DNA of 63,568 nt, filler included, from Lenisia limosa (taxonomy: Eukaryota; Protista; Breviatea), in NCBI GenBank assembly GCA_001655205.1. It is 9 parts of 9 records of this genome, joined end to end, with 100 filler letters (N's around TTAATTAATTAA, not from the genome) between each part and the next. Parts side by side here need not be neighbours in the genome. Positions count along the whole stretch, not along the records: positions 1 to 3,262 come from LPNZ01010393.1; positions 3,363 to 15,483 come from LPNZ01011127.1; 7 more parts are not named here. One strand, given 5' to 3'. A program made the translations under genes and the position numbers. Position 1 is the first letter of the stretch, and every line of letters begins with the position of its first letter. Of the stretch, positions 1 to 13,000 are shown one piece after another. The notes below the pieces were generated by a model that was not told the origin of the DNA, ran no database searches, and worked only from the letters and a program-made list of their open reading frames with translations.

Positions 1-489
1 AATCTGTCAAATCAATCAAGTTATATTATCGGGGATGAGGGGAATTTGAACACGCTTCCCCTTCAACTGTCATAATCCCGATACCCCCACTTTCTGTAGG
101 CTTGCCACGGCCTGTTTGCCGCCAATAGAACGCCGACGCCCGAAGCCTGGCTGATTCTGGGGGTCATGGGGTGTACATGTTGCAAATTATACAATTCCAT
201 GCACTTTAAATATTATGATCTATAGGATACGTTGCTGTGACATCATGAAAGTTTCTCCTTCGTCCCAAAATAANNNNNNNNNNNNNNNNNNNNNNNNNNN
301 NNNNNNNNNNNNNNNNNNNNNNNNNNNNNNNNNNNNNNNNNNNNNNNNNNNNNNNNNNNNNNNNNNNNNNNNNNNNNNNNNNNNNNNNNNNNNNNNNNNN
401 NNNNNNNNNNNNNNNNNNNNNNNNNNNNNNNNNNNNCGAAAAAAATTAAAAAGAGTAGTAAAGCTCCAATAATACACACCCCCCCCCCC

Positions 490-2580
490 ACCTGTATACG
501 CGGAGAAAGTGTACGCGGGGACTCCAGAATGGAAAACCCGTTTGGTGTCGTCTTGGTGGATTAGGGAGGTATTCGCTTTAATAGAAAATGTAATCTAAGG
601 GAAAGATTTGTAATAAGAGGTGAAAGAAGGGGAGTGTGCTTATGGGCATTCTCTTTTATGGTGCAGAAGGAGAATGATAAAAGGTTGTTTCTGGCAATCA
701 TTGATGGTGTATTTCTATTGTCTCAAAGCAAACGTATTTCAATGAAAAAGAAAAAGTTTTCATAAGTGATATTTATTTCAACAAAATAAAGATGTATATA
801 CAAGAGGTACCCTTTCGGTACCAAACAAAGACTAAATTGATAAATTCTCAATTGATATCGTTAATTTACCCGTCTTGTGGAACCGAAACAGACTCGAATG
901 TAACCCACGGATGGAGACGAGCTGTGGACGCTTGGCGAGCGCTGGGCTTTGGGGGAAAACGCTGTGGCGTGCGGCGTTATGATGATGCCTGTTTTCGAGT
1001 CAGAGGTAATAGGAACTAATGGTAGGACGTGTAGAAGGATCGAAGAAACATTGTCAATCTATTACTCAGGGCTGGTCATCAAAATGAGACAAATTATGAG
1101 ATATGTTATGTCATAGACTATGTACATGTATGTATCCGCCCAGAAAATGGCTAAAAGGTAAATTCCAGATAAAAATCACATTAGATTATCGCAAAAGCCG
1201 TGAACACATTTGGATTATCAGGATTACATCATCAAATTTATAAAGCAAAATTGATTAAATATTAGCGTCAGAAAAATCACGTTTTTATGGGATATTAATT
1301 CAGGTTAATATTATTGTTGTAAAACTGATATGTCAGGACTTGGTACACATACAAATACCACAGGAGAGACTTCCTTGACAGAGCTAAATTCTCGATCTTT
1401 CAAAACAAAAAAATTCACTTATTTTGTAAAGCCGAAAGAAGCACTCTTAACAATCTGCTAACCTGGTGGCCGCGGAGAGTCGAAGCTCGGCTCTGAGGAG
1501 CTGTTATGGAGGGGGNNNNNNNNNNNNNNNNNNNNNNNNNNNNNNNNNNNNNNNNNNNNNNNNNNNNNNNNNNNNNNNNNNNNNNNNNNNNNNNNNNNNN
1601 NNNNNNNNNNNNNNNNNNNNNNNNTAGGTATCAAAAGGTGTTAGAAAATAGGAAATATTCGAAGGTGTCAGAAGACTTTTATCTTTTTCCAAAAAACACT
1701 TCAATAAGAGAGGGGAGTAAAAAGGAAGAATATGAAACTGCACCCCTCACCTCATCAAATTAGAGTTAGACGTGAGGCTGCTTTTTCTGCTGTGCCCCGG
1801 CCGATGCGGGGTAGGCGGAAGGCTTGATGATGGGGGGATTGGCGGTGATGTGGGTGGCGTCGGCGTGAGCGACGTGTCGAATGTCAGATGGCTGACATAT
1901 AGCCCGTCTTCTGGGGGTAAGATGGGAAAATTCATGAAACTAAAAAGTCAAAATCAACTCTGTTGGCTGACACAACACGATGGTTGATAACAATAAAACA
2001 AACAATGCCCAGGCCAGTCGCTTCTCTGATGGGGGGGTGGTGGTAGTGGTAAAATACTATGCAATTCCATTCACATTCAGAATCAAAATTGTGAAACAAA
2101 ACCTTGACATAAAATGTCAAACAGTGAATAACCAATTGGAGGAGGCGGGGATAGAAGAGAAGAAAAAGGAAGAAGAACAAGCCATAACCAGCCCCATGCT
2201 TGTGTGTGTGGCAAAGATAACTTTATCCCCTAGTATCCCCTATCCTTTCTCTCAATCCAAGGAAGCCCCCCCCCCCCAGAATCCCAATATTCCATCCCAC
2301 CATCCTCGGGTATGGACTCGGCCGTGGGGGTTGGGAGGTACCCCTTCACTCTCACGGTGGCGCGGAGGGCCTCATCGAGGGACACCTCCTCTGGAGAGGG
2401 GAGTTAAATAGGAAATTCGAAATAAAGCCCAATATCAACTCTGTTGGAGGGTCTTGCGTGGGGAGTTTTGCACATGTGTATGTATTACGACCAATATGCC
2501 CCCATCCCACCATGATGGGATATTTCGATAATTGGCGAGTCAGCACAAAAGGGATGGGGTGAGACGCAATTGCCGTTGTC
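490..2580 (-). CDS. Multi-exon hypothetical Pro/Ser-rich protein (partial)
   Basis: Manual splicing (introns 2391-2510 and 1911-2300, both GT-AG) gives an in-frame NGNCVSPHPFCADSPIIEISHH-EEVSLDEALRATVRVKGYLPTPTAESIPED-EDGLYVSHLTFDTSLTPTPPTSPPIPP...NLMR; further small exon candidates near 1465-1505, 880-975 and 490-580. Confidence 0.55.
1911..2040 (-). repeat. Family D repeat, full body, ending exactly at a 3' splice site
   Basis: cagagaagcgactggcctgggcattgtttgttttattgttatcaacc...ccaacagagttgattttg...tttcatgaattttcccatcttacccccAG; matches 31775-31918 and 50850-50950. Confidence 0.8.
2391..2510 (-). repeat. Family D-like 120-nt intron (GTGGGATGG head + D tail)
   Basis: Intron begins GTGGGATGGGGGCATATTGG and ends ccaacagagttgatattgggc...tttcctatttaactcccctctccAG. 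Confidence 0.65.
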
Positions 2581-3262
2581 TGTGGGGTATCAAAGAGAAA
2601 TGGAGGAAATGTCAACAAAGAAAATAGGCGTAAAGGTACAGGAAGGGGGGGAGGTAACGAAGGAAATTTTGAAACTAAATTTCCCTAGCATTTTTTCAAA
2701 TATGTATTAACACACAAGACTTCACAGGAGGTTCGTTCCCATCCCGAGATTTTTATATTTCACGCAGTTTCGTCTTCTCAAAAAAAATAAAAAAACCCAC
2801 AGCCAAGAAATCAAAATAAAAAATGCACGACCAAGAAATCAAAAACACAAAAGATCAGCAACTGAGAAGCAGTAAAGAATCCAAGTCCAGTCTAAATGCA
2901 GCAGCTCACGGTTTGGGTTTTGCGTATTGATGGGAATGATGGGGACCGCAGGGGCAATCGTCTGCAATGTAAGAAATAGGGTAGAATCGTCAAAGAGAGA
3001 TAACCAACTCCGATTTAAAGTTAAATGAATTGAGGTCCTGCACTAATAATAATAACAATAAAAATGGAATTTAACTCAACAAAAGGAGATATTCAACAAT
3101 TGCCCATTATACCCCCTCGCACTCTGATCTGATTGGAGTAGGAGGCAACACTTGATGATCTTGAGGAATCTTTTGAGCTAATCATAGCAATGATAACCTG
3201 GGGTGTTACGTTGAGCTAATCATGACAATGATCTTGAGTTTTATCATGACCCCCCCCCCCCC

Positions 3263-3362
3263 NNNNNNNNNNNNNNNNNNNNNNNNNNNNNNNNNNNNNN
3301 NNNNNNTTAATTAATTAANNNNNNNNNNNNNNNNNNNNNNNNNNNNNNNNNNNNNNNNNNNN
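3263..3362. other. Artificial scaffold-joining spacer
   Basis: 44 N + TTAATTAATTAA (six-frame stop linker) + 44 N. Confidence 0.97.
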
Positions 3363-3505
3363 GAGAAATACAAAAAAAGGATGTATCTGGCCGAAGCCGT
3401 CCATACCATCACTTTGAAGAGATATTGGATTATAGTAAAATATTAATTCACCCAATCATTTGCCTTACAACTCTGTACACACAGCTTTCTGTGTGCCTCC
3501 CCAGC
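3363..3505 (+). repeat. Family C dispersed repeat (~145 bp)
   Basis: atctggccgaagccgtccataccatcac...tattggattatagtaaaatattaattcacccaatcatttgccttacaactctgtacacacagctttctgtgtgcctccccagc; near-identical to 22523-22627. Confidence 0.85.
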
Positions 3506-3536
3506 GGGGCGAGAAATAGCTATAAACCATTCCTAC

Positions 3537-4576
3537 TCGTTCGTAGACGAAATAAGTCAGTCTTGAGTCTAAGAGCTGGAACCATCGTGTTTTCTAAACT
3601 GTCAACAAACCAACTACCAGCTTCGATACTAAATTGCATTAAGCTTACAAAAGCCTTGCTGAGATGCCCTCGTTTTGAGAGGTATCCTTTATACTCTGGG
3701 GCTGGACCATTGGAAGTAGGTACTCGACCAGATTTCTACACCATTGTCATCTTCCATCCATTATCCGGATATGCTATTAATTGCAACATCTTTACAAACC
3801 TCAAGAAGGTTGACGTTATGCTTGATAGCTGCGAGCCAGGAAAGAGCCTGGACAGCAGAATCAGGTCGAAGGTAGAAGTTCACTCCCGTGTCTACAGAAT
3901 GAGCCCCTGATAACACAAATAACGCCAGTTGCTTTACTAACCCGTTCGAATTGAGAAACAATAGGGTAAGCGAATTCTGTCAGCAGCATTATCCGTCACA
4001 ATAAGTCCTTCAAGTGGAATGCTTCCCTTGAGAAGCTACAGAATGAATAAAAGCCAACCGATTGTCAATCCATAGCGCCAAGAAGGTATATCACCAACCT
4101 TTTCCCTGTCTGACACTTGGTAATAGAGAATGTCACAATTTGTCATCACAAAGTATCGACGTTTCTGAAGAGTAAACACAAAAGGTTGTACGTTTTGTCC
4201 TTCACAAAGGGAAGAATACTGATTCAGATTTATCAAAGAAAAATGTGGTATTCACCATCTTCTCCCTTTTGCTGCCTTATTACATTATTTTATGTTAACA
4301 TTGTATTCAATCAGTATTGAATCGACATGTTGACAAGACAACAGCAACCTGACCTAGCAATCTCTTCACCACCACATACCCAATTCTTCACTGTGTGTCC
4401 ACGTTTCCACATCCATCCTTCGAGGGCTGTGTGTCTTTCTCTAAAATAAGTTAATAACACCATGAAGAACAGGCAGAGGCTAACGAGGTTTCAAGTTGTC
4501 GAAACTCGGAGTAGTACCATGGCGCTGGCCCCGCTCCTTTGCCTTTAGCTGATAGCTCTAAATCGTCGTCCGCCAT
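3537..4576 (-). CDS. Tandem PH-domain protein (3' end truncated at scaffold edge)
   Basis: Spliced exons give PH1 LEGWMWKRGHTVKNW|KRRYFVMTNCDILYY...KGSIPLEGL...ALSWLAAIK and PH2 start YKGYLSKRGHLSKAF|KTRWFQLLDSRLTYF; ATG at 4576 (MADDDLEL...). Confidence 0.85.
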
Positions 4577-4815
4577 ATCGGGACAAGATTAGAGTTTTCG
4601 CTTTGTATGCTCCAAAATTTCTCCGAACTGAAATACGTCTACGCGCAGTTTTCGCAGTTTTCAGGCAAAATTTTTTTTTTTCCCTCACCACTTGTTCACC
4701 ACCTCTCATCCCTTCTGTTTGCTATAACAGTATACTATTACGCAGAAGTTGTTTTAGAATAGACAGAGTTAAGATTAACGGCATGTCTTGAACCTACCCT
4801 TTCCGCAACCACATA

Positions 4816-5713
4816 ATGGTTTGGACGGGACAAAAAGACGTACCGTACTGTTTCTGTTTTTGTATATCTTAAAATATGTTCATGCAATTTATTGTATGAC
4901 CATTCGTTTCAGGCTGATAATTTCCTCAACCCTTATTTCCCAGGTATGCACCGATGAATTGGAGTGGCTTGTGTCACATCACATAGGGCATACCACGCAA
5001 AACGTCACAATAATGCTCCAGGTTGGTTCATTGTTAACTTAAAGTATCAGGAAGCAACAGCCTTGTTGACAAGCGGGTATGCTATGGTGCCAGTTCCGCG
5101 AAACAATGTTTTTGAGGGATACTATGTGGCGTCCGCAGGTTACATTGTCCAAGCGGTAGGCAAGGATAGCAACGCTTGTTCTGATGTTGCAGGAGTTCAA
5201 GACAACTATTGAAGACAGTCTTTTCCAAAATGCTGCGCTCCATACACAGATTCAAGCATGCAAACCTTATAGGCTTCATCAAATTCAGGGTATGGTTTTT
5301 TTTCTTTCGATTTTGACTTCTCAAGACGCAATTCACATATTGGAGCTTGCCCTTCAGTCCCTCCGAAGTATACCCTTCAAAACTAGCCAAATAAAGAACA
5401 TTGGCAATCGTGGTTGGCTAATTTCCTATATGGCCAGCTTTAGCTAACACTTGTGCAGGAGATCATCTTGGCGATGGAGGCGAAGAGCCCCAGTCGGCAA
5501 CCCTTTCTTCTTTTGCCGCTACTGCTGAGTTTTCAAAATCGGTTTGCATGTTTGATATTTGTATTATATTATTGTACCATATTAATAATATATGGTAATA
5601 TAATATGTCAATTCTTACCCATACCCACTAGTGATCATATGCTCTATTTTCGAGTCGAAATGATGAAAGAAGATAACATGACATTTTATTCTGAGTGTAT
5701 CAGAGTATCATGA
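4816..5713 (+). CDS. Multi-exon hypothetical protein, divergent from the PH gene
   Basis: In-frame splicing MVWTGQKD|ADNFLNPYFP|GWFIVNLKYQEATALL...YIVQA|EFKTTIEDSLFQNAALH...; 3' end uncertain; no recognised domain. Confidence 0.5.
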
Positions 5714-7004
5714 AAACTTGTTAGACAATTATCATAAGAGTGGAAATGAGTATCCCTGTGTGGAAAATGATACATTACATTTTCCTCGAAATCTGTGTAT
5801 TTTTATCTTGCGGTTTGGGAAAATTGCACTGAAATCCAAACCACGTTATCCTTTTTGCTCATATAGTATTTGAATATTAACCCTTTTTGGTTCTTTTCAT
5901 CTAATTTGGTCATCTATGGTCTTTCCCACATACAATTTCCTTTCGCCCCTCATTTTGGCTCAGACGACAGTGCCTTGGGTCCAGGCAGGTGTTCCCTTCA
6001 ACTCGGGACTGGAATCAGCTCGAGTGAGCCTCAGAACCGCAATTGAGGTTGGCTCCATTCCTTGTCTTAATCTAACTACTCTGTTTTGAACGTTCTTTGA
6101 AATGATAAGATTTTGTATGCTGTATGATATTCAGTGCACAGTAGTTTCATATATAAATAGGTTGTTTTTGAGGCACGCTCCTTAATTGACACTGCTCGCG
6201 AACTGCTTGACAAGCGCTCAGCATCATCCTTCCCAAACAACTGCCCCGAAGCTGAGGTGAGCAAGAAACGGTGCTTTTAATTCTCTGACATCCTAGTCCT
6301 TCACCCCGCAGCCTTCTTCGTTTGAAGTTCTGAATTTCTTTCTCAGAGGAGGCTCGATAGTTATGGCATTTTACCTCTTACATCCTATTTCGAAAGGGGC
6401 TAAAGTGAGTTTTTTTTAACATAAATATTGAAATTTACTCTCCTCTTGAAAATGATTGCATCTATCAACTTCTTTGCTATTATATTTATTTATTGCAGTT
6501 GAGTGACCTCGATAATGGAATCAAAAAAGGGCATATTTAGTTGGAGGGAGGAGGGGGGGGGGGGCAATGATCAATTGAAAAACAGTACAATAGGGATAAT
6601 ACAAACCAGATTTATTTGCATTTTACTCGTTTTTTCTGTTCCACTATTTTGGTTCACCTTTGGTCAGCTCTGATTATTTAGATATTAGCAAGGAATTAAG
6701 TGGTCCGCCTTCTTTTCCCCCTAGTCATGCATACTTTTTGGCACACAGTATCCAAATAATTATTGCTATAGAAACAAAATAGCGACTTCTTGTTGTTTGG
6801 TAACATCTTCAGTTTATTTCGTGTCTCACCACACAGTGAATATAAGGATCAGTGTGTAGAGGTGTCTGAAATGATTGAGGTTTCCGCAAAAGCCAAATCC
6901 TTGGTTCGCACGATTGCTTTATTACAAGGTTTGCTGAAAAAGAGGCATGACCATCTTTCAAGACCGTCTGTCCATATTCAATCATACTGATTCTGTAGAT
7001 GCCT

Positions 7005-8562
7005 CCTACCGTTTAACAGAAGTAGCCTCTTCTTCGGCTCTCGCAATCTGAACAGCTGCACTACTCCCTCTTTCTACCACTCAATTGATTCGATCAATTC
7101 ACTCGTCTCCTCATTGTGTTTCCTAGTTTCACTGCTCTCGTTATTCACACGTTTTGCTCTTTGAAGAAAATCAGAAACATGCATATAATGTACAGAAGAA
7201 ATACCTGGAATTTAAGTTTACAAGCTGGTGCTAAAAGGTGAGAATTGATTTACAATAAGAGGAGGACATGCCAACTCACTTGACAACAGCATTATTAGCC
7301 TTGCGAGAAGAGACAAATACCTTGTCCTCTTCCTTTCTGACATGGAGGGCACCGAGCCCAATCTGAGCCATGACACTACCCTGATGTCATTAGGAGAAAC
7401 TCATCCTATTCGTTGGAAAAAGGAAAAAGAAAGAAGAAAAAAAAAATAGCCCCGTACCTTGTTTTGAGGCTTGAACTGGGCCAAAAGGGATGAAACAGTA
7501 GAAATCTCTAAAGAAAATATTAGAATTCGAATCAAGTCCTTAATTATTTGGAAAAAACATACCAGAAACGGCGACTTCACGAGACTCAACAAGCCAATCA
7601 GGATGCTCCTTGGCAAGGGTAGCGTAGTGGCTGCACATCATTTGGGCCTGAAATCATGAGTTGTTGCCATTGAGAAGAATCTATCGCATACAATGAGAAC
7701 TTCTTCAGGGGACGCGGCAGGGCAAACCTCTGACATCTCTAAAGGGTAAAAAAAAACCTTTCGAATGAGAAGCTATTCAGATAACCCACAAACGCAGGCT
7801 TTGAATTTCAACCTTCTTCTTTTCCGCCTTAGCCTTCTTCTTCTGGCCCTTTGACTTTTCTTCCTTCCTCTCCTCTGTCTTCTCTTCCTTCTTCACAATC
7901 TTCTTTTCCTCCTTTTTCTCTTCGTTTTTCTCTTCCTTACTAACAACCTTCTTCTCTGCCTTCTTTTCTACCTTCTTTTCTACCTTCTTCTCTTCCTTCT
8001 TCTCTTCAACAACTTTAGCTTCCTCCACTTCAGCATCATTCTTAGAATTAGAAATCTTCTTTTTCTTCATTCTCAGCTTCTTCTTCTGACCCGTGGTCAT
8101 TTGAAGAGTGATGGTGCCGTCAGGAAGACCAGTCACCTGCGTGCTTAGCCCAACTATCAGAATATACATGTGACCAAATATATCCACACTGCTAACCTCT
8201 TCACCAGACTTTGAAAGGTAATATGAAGGGATGGTGGAACGACCAGAGATTTCAAATGAAATACCAACAATCTAAAACATAAGCACCGTCATGGGAGGTG
8301 AGAAGGAACTCTTCTTACCATCTTAAGTTTAGGAAAATCTTCAGCCTCTTCGTTGTAAAGAGAAAGGAGAGAGAGAGGGCAAAAGACATTTGCTCCATCT
8401 TCAAACTTGGGGATTCCTACAAAAATAAAACATTAAAAAACCTGTTAAAACCATTTATTTAAAAGATAATCGCAGGCATCTCTTACCAGCCTCTTCAACG
8501 AATTTTTTTATGATATTGGCTGCAAGACGACGGAATTCCGGCGGTGAAACGCTGTGTCTCAT
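7005..8562 (-). CDS. Multi-exon hypothetical protein with Lys/Glu-rich central tract
   Basis: ATG 8562 MRHSVSPPEFRRLAAN...; exons GIPKFEDGANVFCPL, IVGISFEISGRSTIPSYYL, KE-rich ORF 7777-8187, EMSEVCPAASPEEVLI|AQMMCSHYATLAKEHP with GT-AG introns; 3' end uncertain. Confidence 0.6.
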
Positions 8563-8950
8563 TAATTTAACACCCATCTTTAATATACAATTATTCAACG
8601 ACGGAAACTGAGTGGGAAAAAAAAATAAAAATAAAACGGGACCTTTTATAGAGTATAACCTGCGGAGTTTATATCATATAAAAAGGCCAAGTTTGGCAGT
8701 AAGGCAGTTGTAAGGTTGTTGTTTTGTTGTTTGCATGTTGTTTGTTTTATATTTTTATTTGGATACTACTATACAACAAATAAAGTTCTGAGAAATGAAT
8801 TAATGTGAAAGTACTACCCCGCCGCCTCTCCTAGGTCTGCCAACTGGATATTCCGCTTATATTTGAAAATAATTTCATTACCTAAACCTTATGAGAGTCA
8901 CTCCGCCTCACTAATCCATCAAGCTCTCTCTTCTCTCCGGACCAAGAAAC

Positions 8951-9257
8951 ATGAAGTTCATCTTTGTCATTCTACTTGTCCTTGGTTTGCTGAATAACCC
9001 CTATTATATACCTATATATTCTCACTATATATTCATCACAAAAATTCCATGAATTAAATCTTGATTTCTCCGTGGTTCCCCTAAATGACATAGTTGGAAG
9101 TATACTCAGCATTCCGGACCCAACCATTGTGCAAGTCCTTGGCAACGAGGCCATCAAGGCTCCGCAACTGCCGCATTATGCCGAGAGGGTATGGAGTGGC
9201 GACTGGAGAATGCTGGAGGTCTTTGGCACAACACCAGAAAATTTAAAAATATGTTGA
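8951..9257 (+). CDS. Possible small secreted protein or gene remnant
   Basis: MKFIFVILLVLGLL signal-peptide-like start followed by ORF 9072-9257; splice junction not convincingly resolved. Confidence 0.25.
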
Positions 9258-10059
9258 ATAAATGACATAAACTGCCTAAATGACCAACCATCTTTTCCGC
9301 CTTTTATTCAAATCAAAATCGACTCTCTCAAAGCAGCGACACATCGAAACCGTTGGAAAAAAATCAATGTAAAAAAGTATAATGGTGAGAGAAATTTTTT
9401 AAAAAAATACCGCCCAATAATAATTGGCATTAATCAAGTCTGTCACCCCTAAATGACACGTCATCATGTATTTCACTCAGATCTTGGGTCAAACAGCTAA
9501 TATGATATATGATATATATATATCTGTGACCTTTCGTTAACTTCAACTGGGTTACGATTAGCGAGGCATTATTTTACACAATTTTTCTAACNNNNNNNNN
9601 NNNNNNNNNNNNNNNNTTATTTTTACCTGTCAAAACCTTGAAGCACTGATATTCTCAAAAAAAAGCACCGATTTATCCAAAAAGCTCCGGTTTTTGTGAA
9701 AGGGGATATATTGTATACCATTACAATTATGACAATTTATACAATCATTTTTTTTTCCAAATTTGGAGAAAGGGTTGTTACACCGAGCCAGGTTTCTGGG
9801 TTACATACAAATATACATGTACATGCATATATATATGTAACTGCTGTACAATAAATCTCGCACCCACTCGGTAACTTCTTTTTGTCTTTTCTGGGTTGGG
9901 GAAAATTGTTACATACATATGATTTTATTGACAAATTTTATCTATTAAACCAATTTCTAAGTGCACCATATTGTTAATCTAAACGAGTACTATATCCTTG
10001 GTGTATCTACCTATTAATGATCTTATTTTGGTCTCTCCACAGTGAGACAGTGTTCTTAC

Positions 10060-13000
10060 AGCTCCAGATTGTGACAGACGCACCAAGTTTTGTGGAAGGC
10101 CCTTGGGTCAAGACTATTCTTGGTTACATTAAAGCAACAAATGCTCATTATGTCGTCAAATTACACTGTATGCTGGTGTTCTACTCTTATCCCATAAAAA
10201 CGGCATTTCTATGTTGACTCGGGCTTTCTTGGTCAGGGATTGCTATCCCATATTTGACTCATAATTATTCTTTGAGAGTCTGCATGAGAACAAATTCATA
10301 TTCCAGTGAATGGTGACATTTTCGTGATGGGCTATGGACACGACCGTATGACTTCTGATTGCCTGGTCGGAAGTACGGATAGCCACGATTATTGCGCGGT
10401 CAGTGCTCGTTTCGCATTTATCCACGTCTAACGTCTTACCAGGGCTTCAAACTGGCCTCGGCATATTTTGAGGACATTTGGACTGTTGATGGTCTTATCT
10501 ACGCCAAACAACGTGGTATGTTTGATGAGTTTGGAAACCTGTTTTCTGTGCCATTCTAATATACTGTAGTTTCAGGAACTATTTTTGAAGGAGCACTCAA
10601 CACAAGAGGGCAAACAATGATGTTTCGTTCTACCGCAGTTTGTGGGTGTGGTTTTTAATATGGATGATGATTGCACTCTGCTTTTCAATTCGCTGTTTTT
10701 TTGAATCACTATTCTTTATTCTTCTTTTGACTCGGTAGTACTCAACGAATACACTCGTTTCTTCTCACGTTACAATGGACCGTTTGTTCAATAATGACGA
10801 ATACACGCTAGCCTCGGATGGTGAGCTACATGTTCACGTTAAGTCCTTTTCCATCCTTCTGATCCTTAAGATACAAGCGGAACATTTTCTACTCTCCCCG
10901 CTAGTGCAAACGCCTTGGGATGTCGTAGGTGGAGCTCTTTTTCAGCACTGTTTTCGTCACCCCTTTTTAACTGCCTAGTTCCAAAGCAGCAATGTGCGGA
11001 TTTCGCAGGAGTTATTGATTTGGCATCCAAACCAGGGTACCCAGATATTTTTGTCACAGGTGGGTGGCCTTGTTGCTATTTGTCCGAGTTGGACCATTCC
11101 CTTATTTGGTAGGGACTGGAGCGTTTGTTGTCGACGCTGAGGCACCTCTCCGTATCCCTATCGTGTTACAGCCTGGCCTCATGGTTGCTAAAGTTCGCTG
11201 GTTTACTCTTTGTCGCCACTGTTTTTCGAATTGTATTACCGGAAACACTCTCTTTTTGGGAATTCTTTCCATTGCTTGTTGACTATTCAGGTTTGCTACT
11301 CCCTCATTGATGAAATGTTTATTCTCTCTTGTGAGCACATGACTTGGCCTATTTGGATTTTTGTTGAAACTACTACTAACCTTTTAGCTGATGGTGCTCT
11401 CTACACTGTCCCCGAGTATAGTCATCCTGCAAACTACAGTAGCGCTCTTGTAGGCTTTAATCCTTGCCATACATCGAGCGTTATTACTTCGTTTGCGTTG
11501 TATTTATAAGTCCCATCTTTCTGGTTATTTGACCAGTCAGATGGCAAAGGCCTATACTTCTGTCATTTTGGGTTCTGATACCATTGTAAGTATGACATGC
11601 CCAACAAACGGTGATGGTGTTGTCACCGTGTTGACAGGTTTGTTTTTCGCAATAGTTTCATCTTCCAAGATACAAACAAGTTGGTTTTGGTCCAGGCCCC
11701 CACCTCATACACCAACCCCTATGAGCGGGACATGCCGGCCACCCTTGGGGACTGGCTCGCTGGAGTCGTTGATAACGGTATGCCTTGGACCGTTGCCTTA
11801 TTCTTTCAGGTTCAGTTCTCGTCCCCTTCAGATTCCCTGTAATTCAAAGTGAGAAAACGTGGTTTTAGAGTAAAAACTTGGGATAGAATCGTAATCGTTT
11901 TCACTTATCACTACAATTTTGTTGACATTTAGAGCCTAATGGTGACTTCATTGGATGGGGTCCTTTGGATGCCGACTTTTTTGAGTCGTCAAGAGTAGGC
12001 TAAACTGACTGTAACATTTAGATGATCTTGGACAATAGGGAAAACGGCAACAAGCTGAAGCTGCCTGACAATCTTCATGTTTTAAATTCATATTACCATG
12101 TCGCAACGTCGCTCTACTACGTTATCGTCTGTAAGCTGTCATTTGTTCGTGACCTCCCAGATGATGACATGTTGGATACCAACCGAGTGCTGGTGGCAGG
12201 GACATATGACGGAATTATCAGCGATATGTCCGGGTATAATGAAGCTCGATTCCACAGCGCTGATGAGGTTAGATATTTGTGAAATTTATTGGATCGTTCA
12301 TTTTACAGGTATCAAAATATGGGGGTGTCACCTTCCGAGGACTTACCGATATCGATTACCAAGGTGGGAATGATGTTCCCCTCTCCACTCTTAGCTGTAT
12401 TTCTTTGTTTGATTTCACTTTGATAATTTTAGGATTTATTTCCAACAATGACCTTCCTGAAAGGATGTTTAAAATGGTTTTGGAGGCTGCGATCGTTTCG
12501 AGTATGTTGTTAAGAATTTGACTGATTATCTTTCTATTTCGCAACGCTTATACTGCAGAAAAAGGAGTGGTGTACACCATTCAAGGAAGCGGGCCTGACA
12601 GCTTCTTCTCCCCTCTGAATTCACCCATTTTCCATCCCACTCCCGAAGCTCCTATTAGAGGCGTTTCTGAGAAATTCTTTTGGACTGGTGAGTTGTGTCT
12701 ATCCTGACCCTCAAGGCAACAAAGTTTTCGGCCAAACATTCCTAAAGATCTCAACTTCTATTGTAGGCTCTTGTTTTATCAATTCCTATTTATTGAACGT
12801 CATTATATCGCTCACTCACTGTCCATTTAGTTCCATGGCAGTTTGAGAGTGTACAACGCAGCAGCTGGAGACCCTGTTAGCTGATTTGTTATCCTTTTCA
12901 TGCATGTTGTGTGATTGACGATTTTAGATAAACTACTACCATGAATATTCCAAGTCAATCTCAAATCCAGGTGTCAGCCCTCCGGTCGCTTACTACATGT

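Noticed and set aside
1850-1893. CRIB-like PSDIRHVAHAD on the minus strand
   Set aside because: That frame stops before the next donor; the alternative Pro-rich frame is open and phase-consistent with the upstream exon.
3425-3910. 161-aa plus-strand ORF
   Set aside because: It starts inside the family C repeat and is antisense to well-supported PH-domain exons.
7560-7740. Apparent in-frame TGA codons suggesting an alternative genetic code
   Set aside because: Fully explained by a 44-nt GT-AG intron; elsewhere the standard code with short introns gives open frames.
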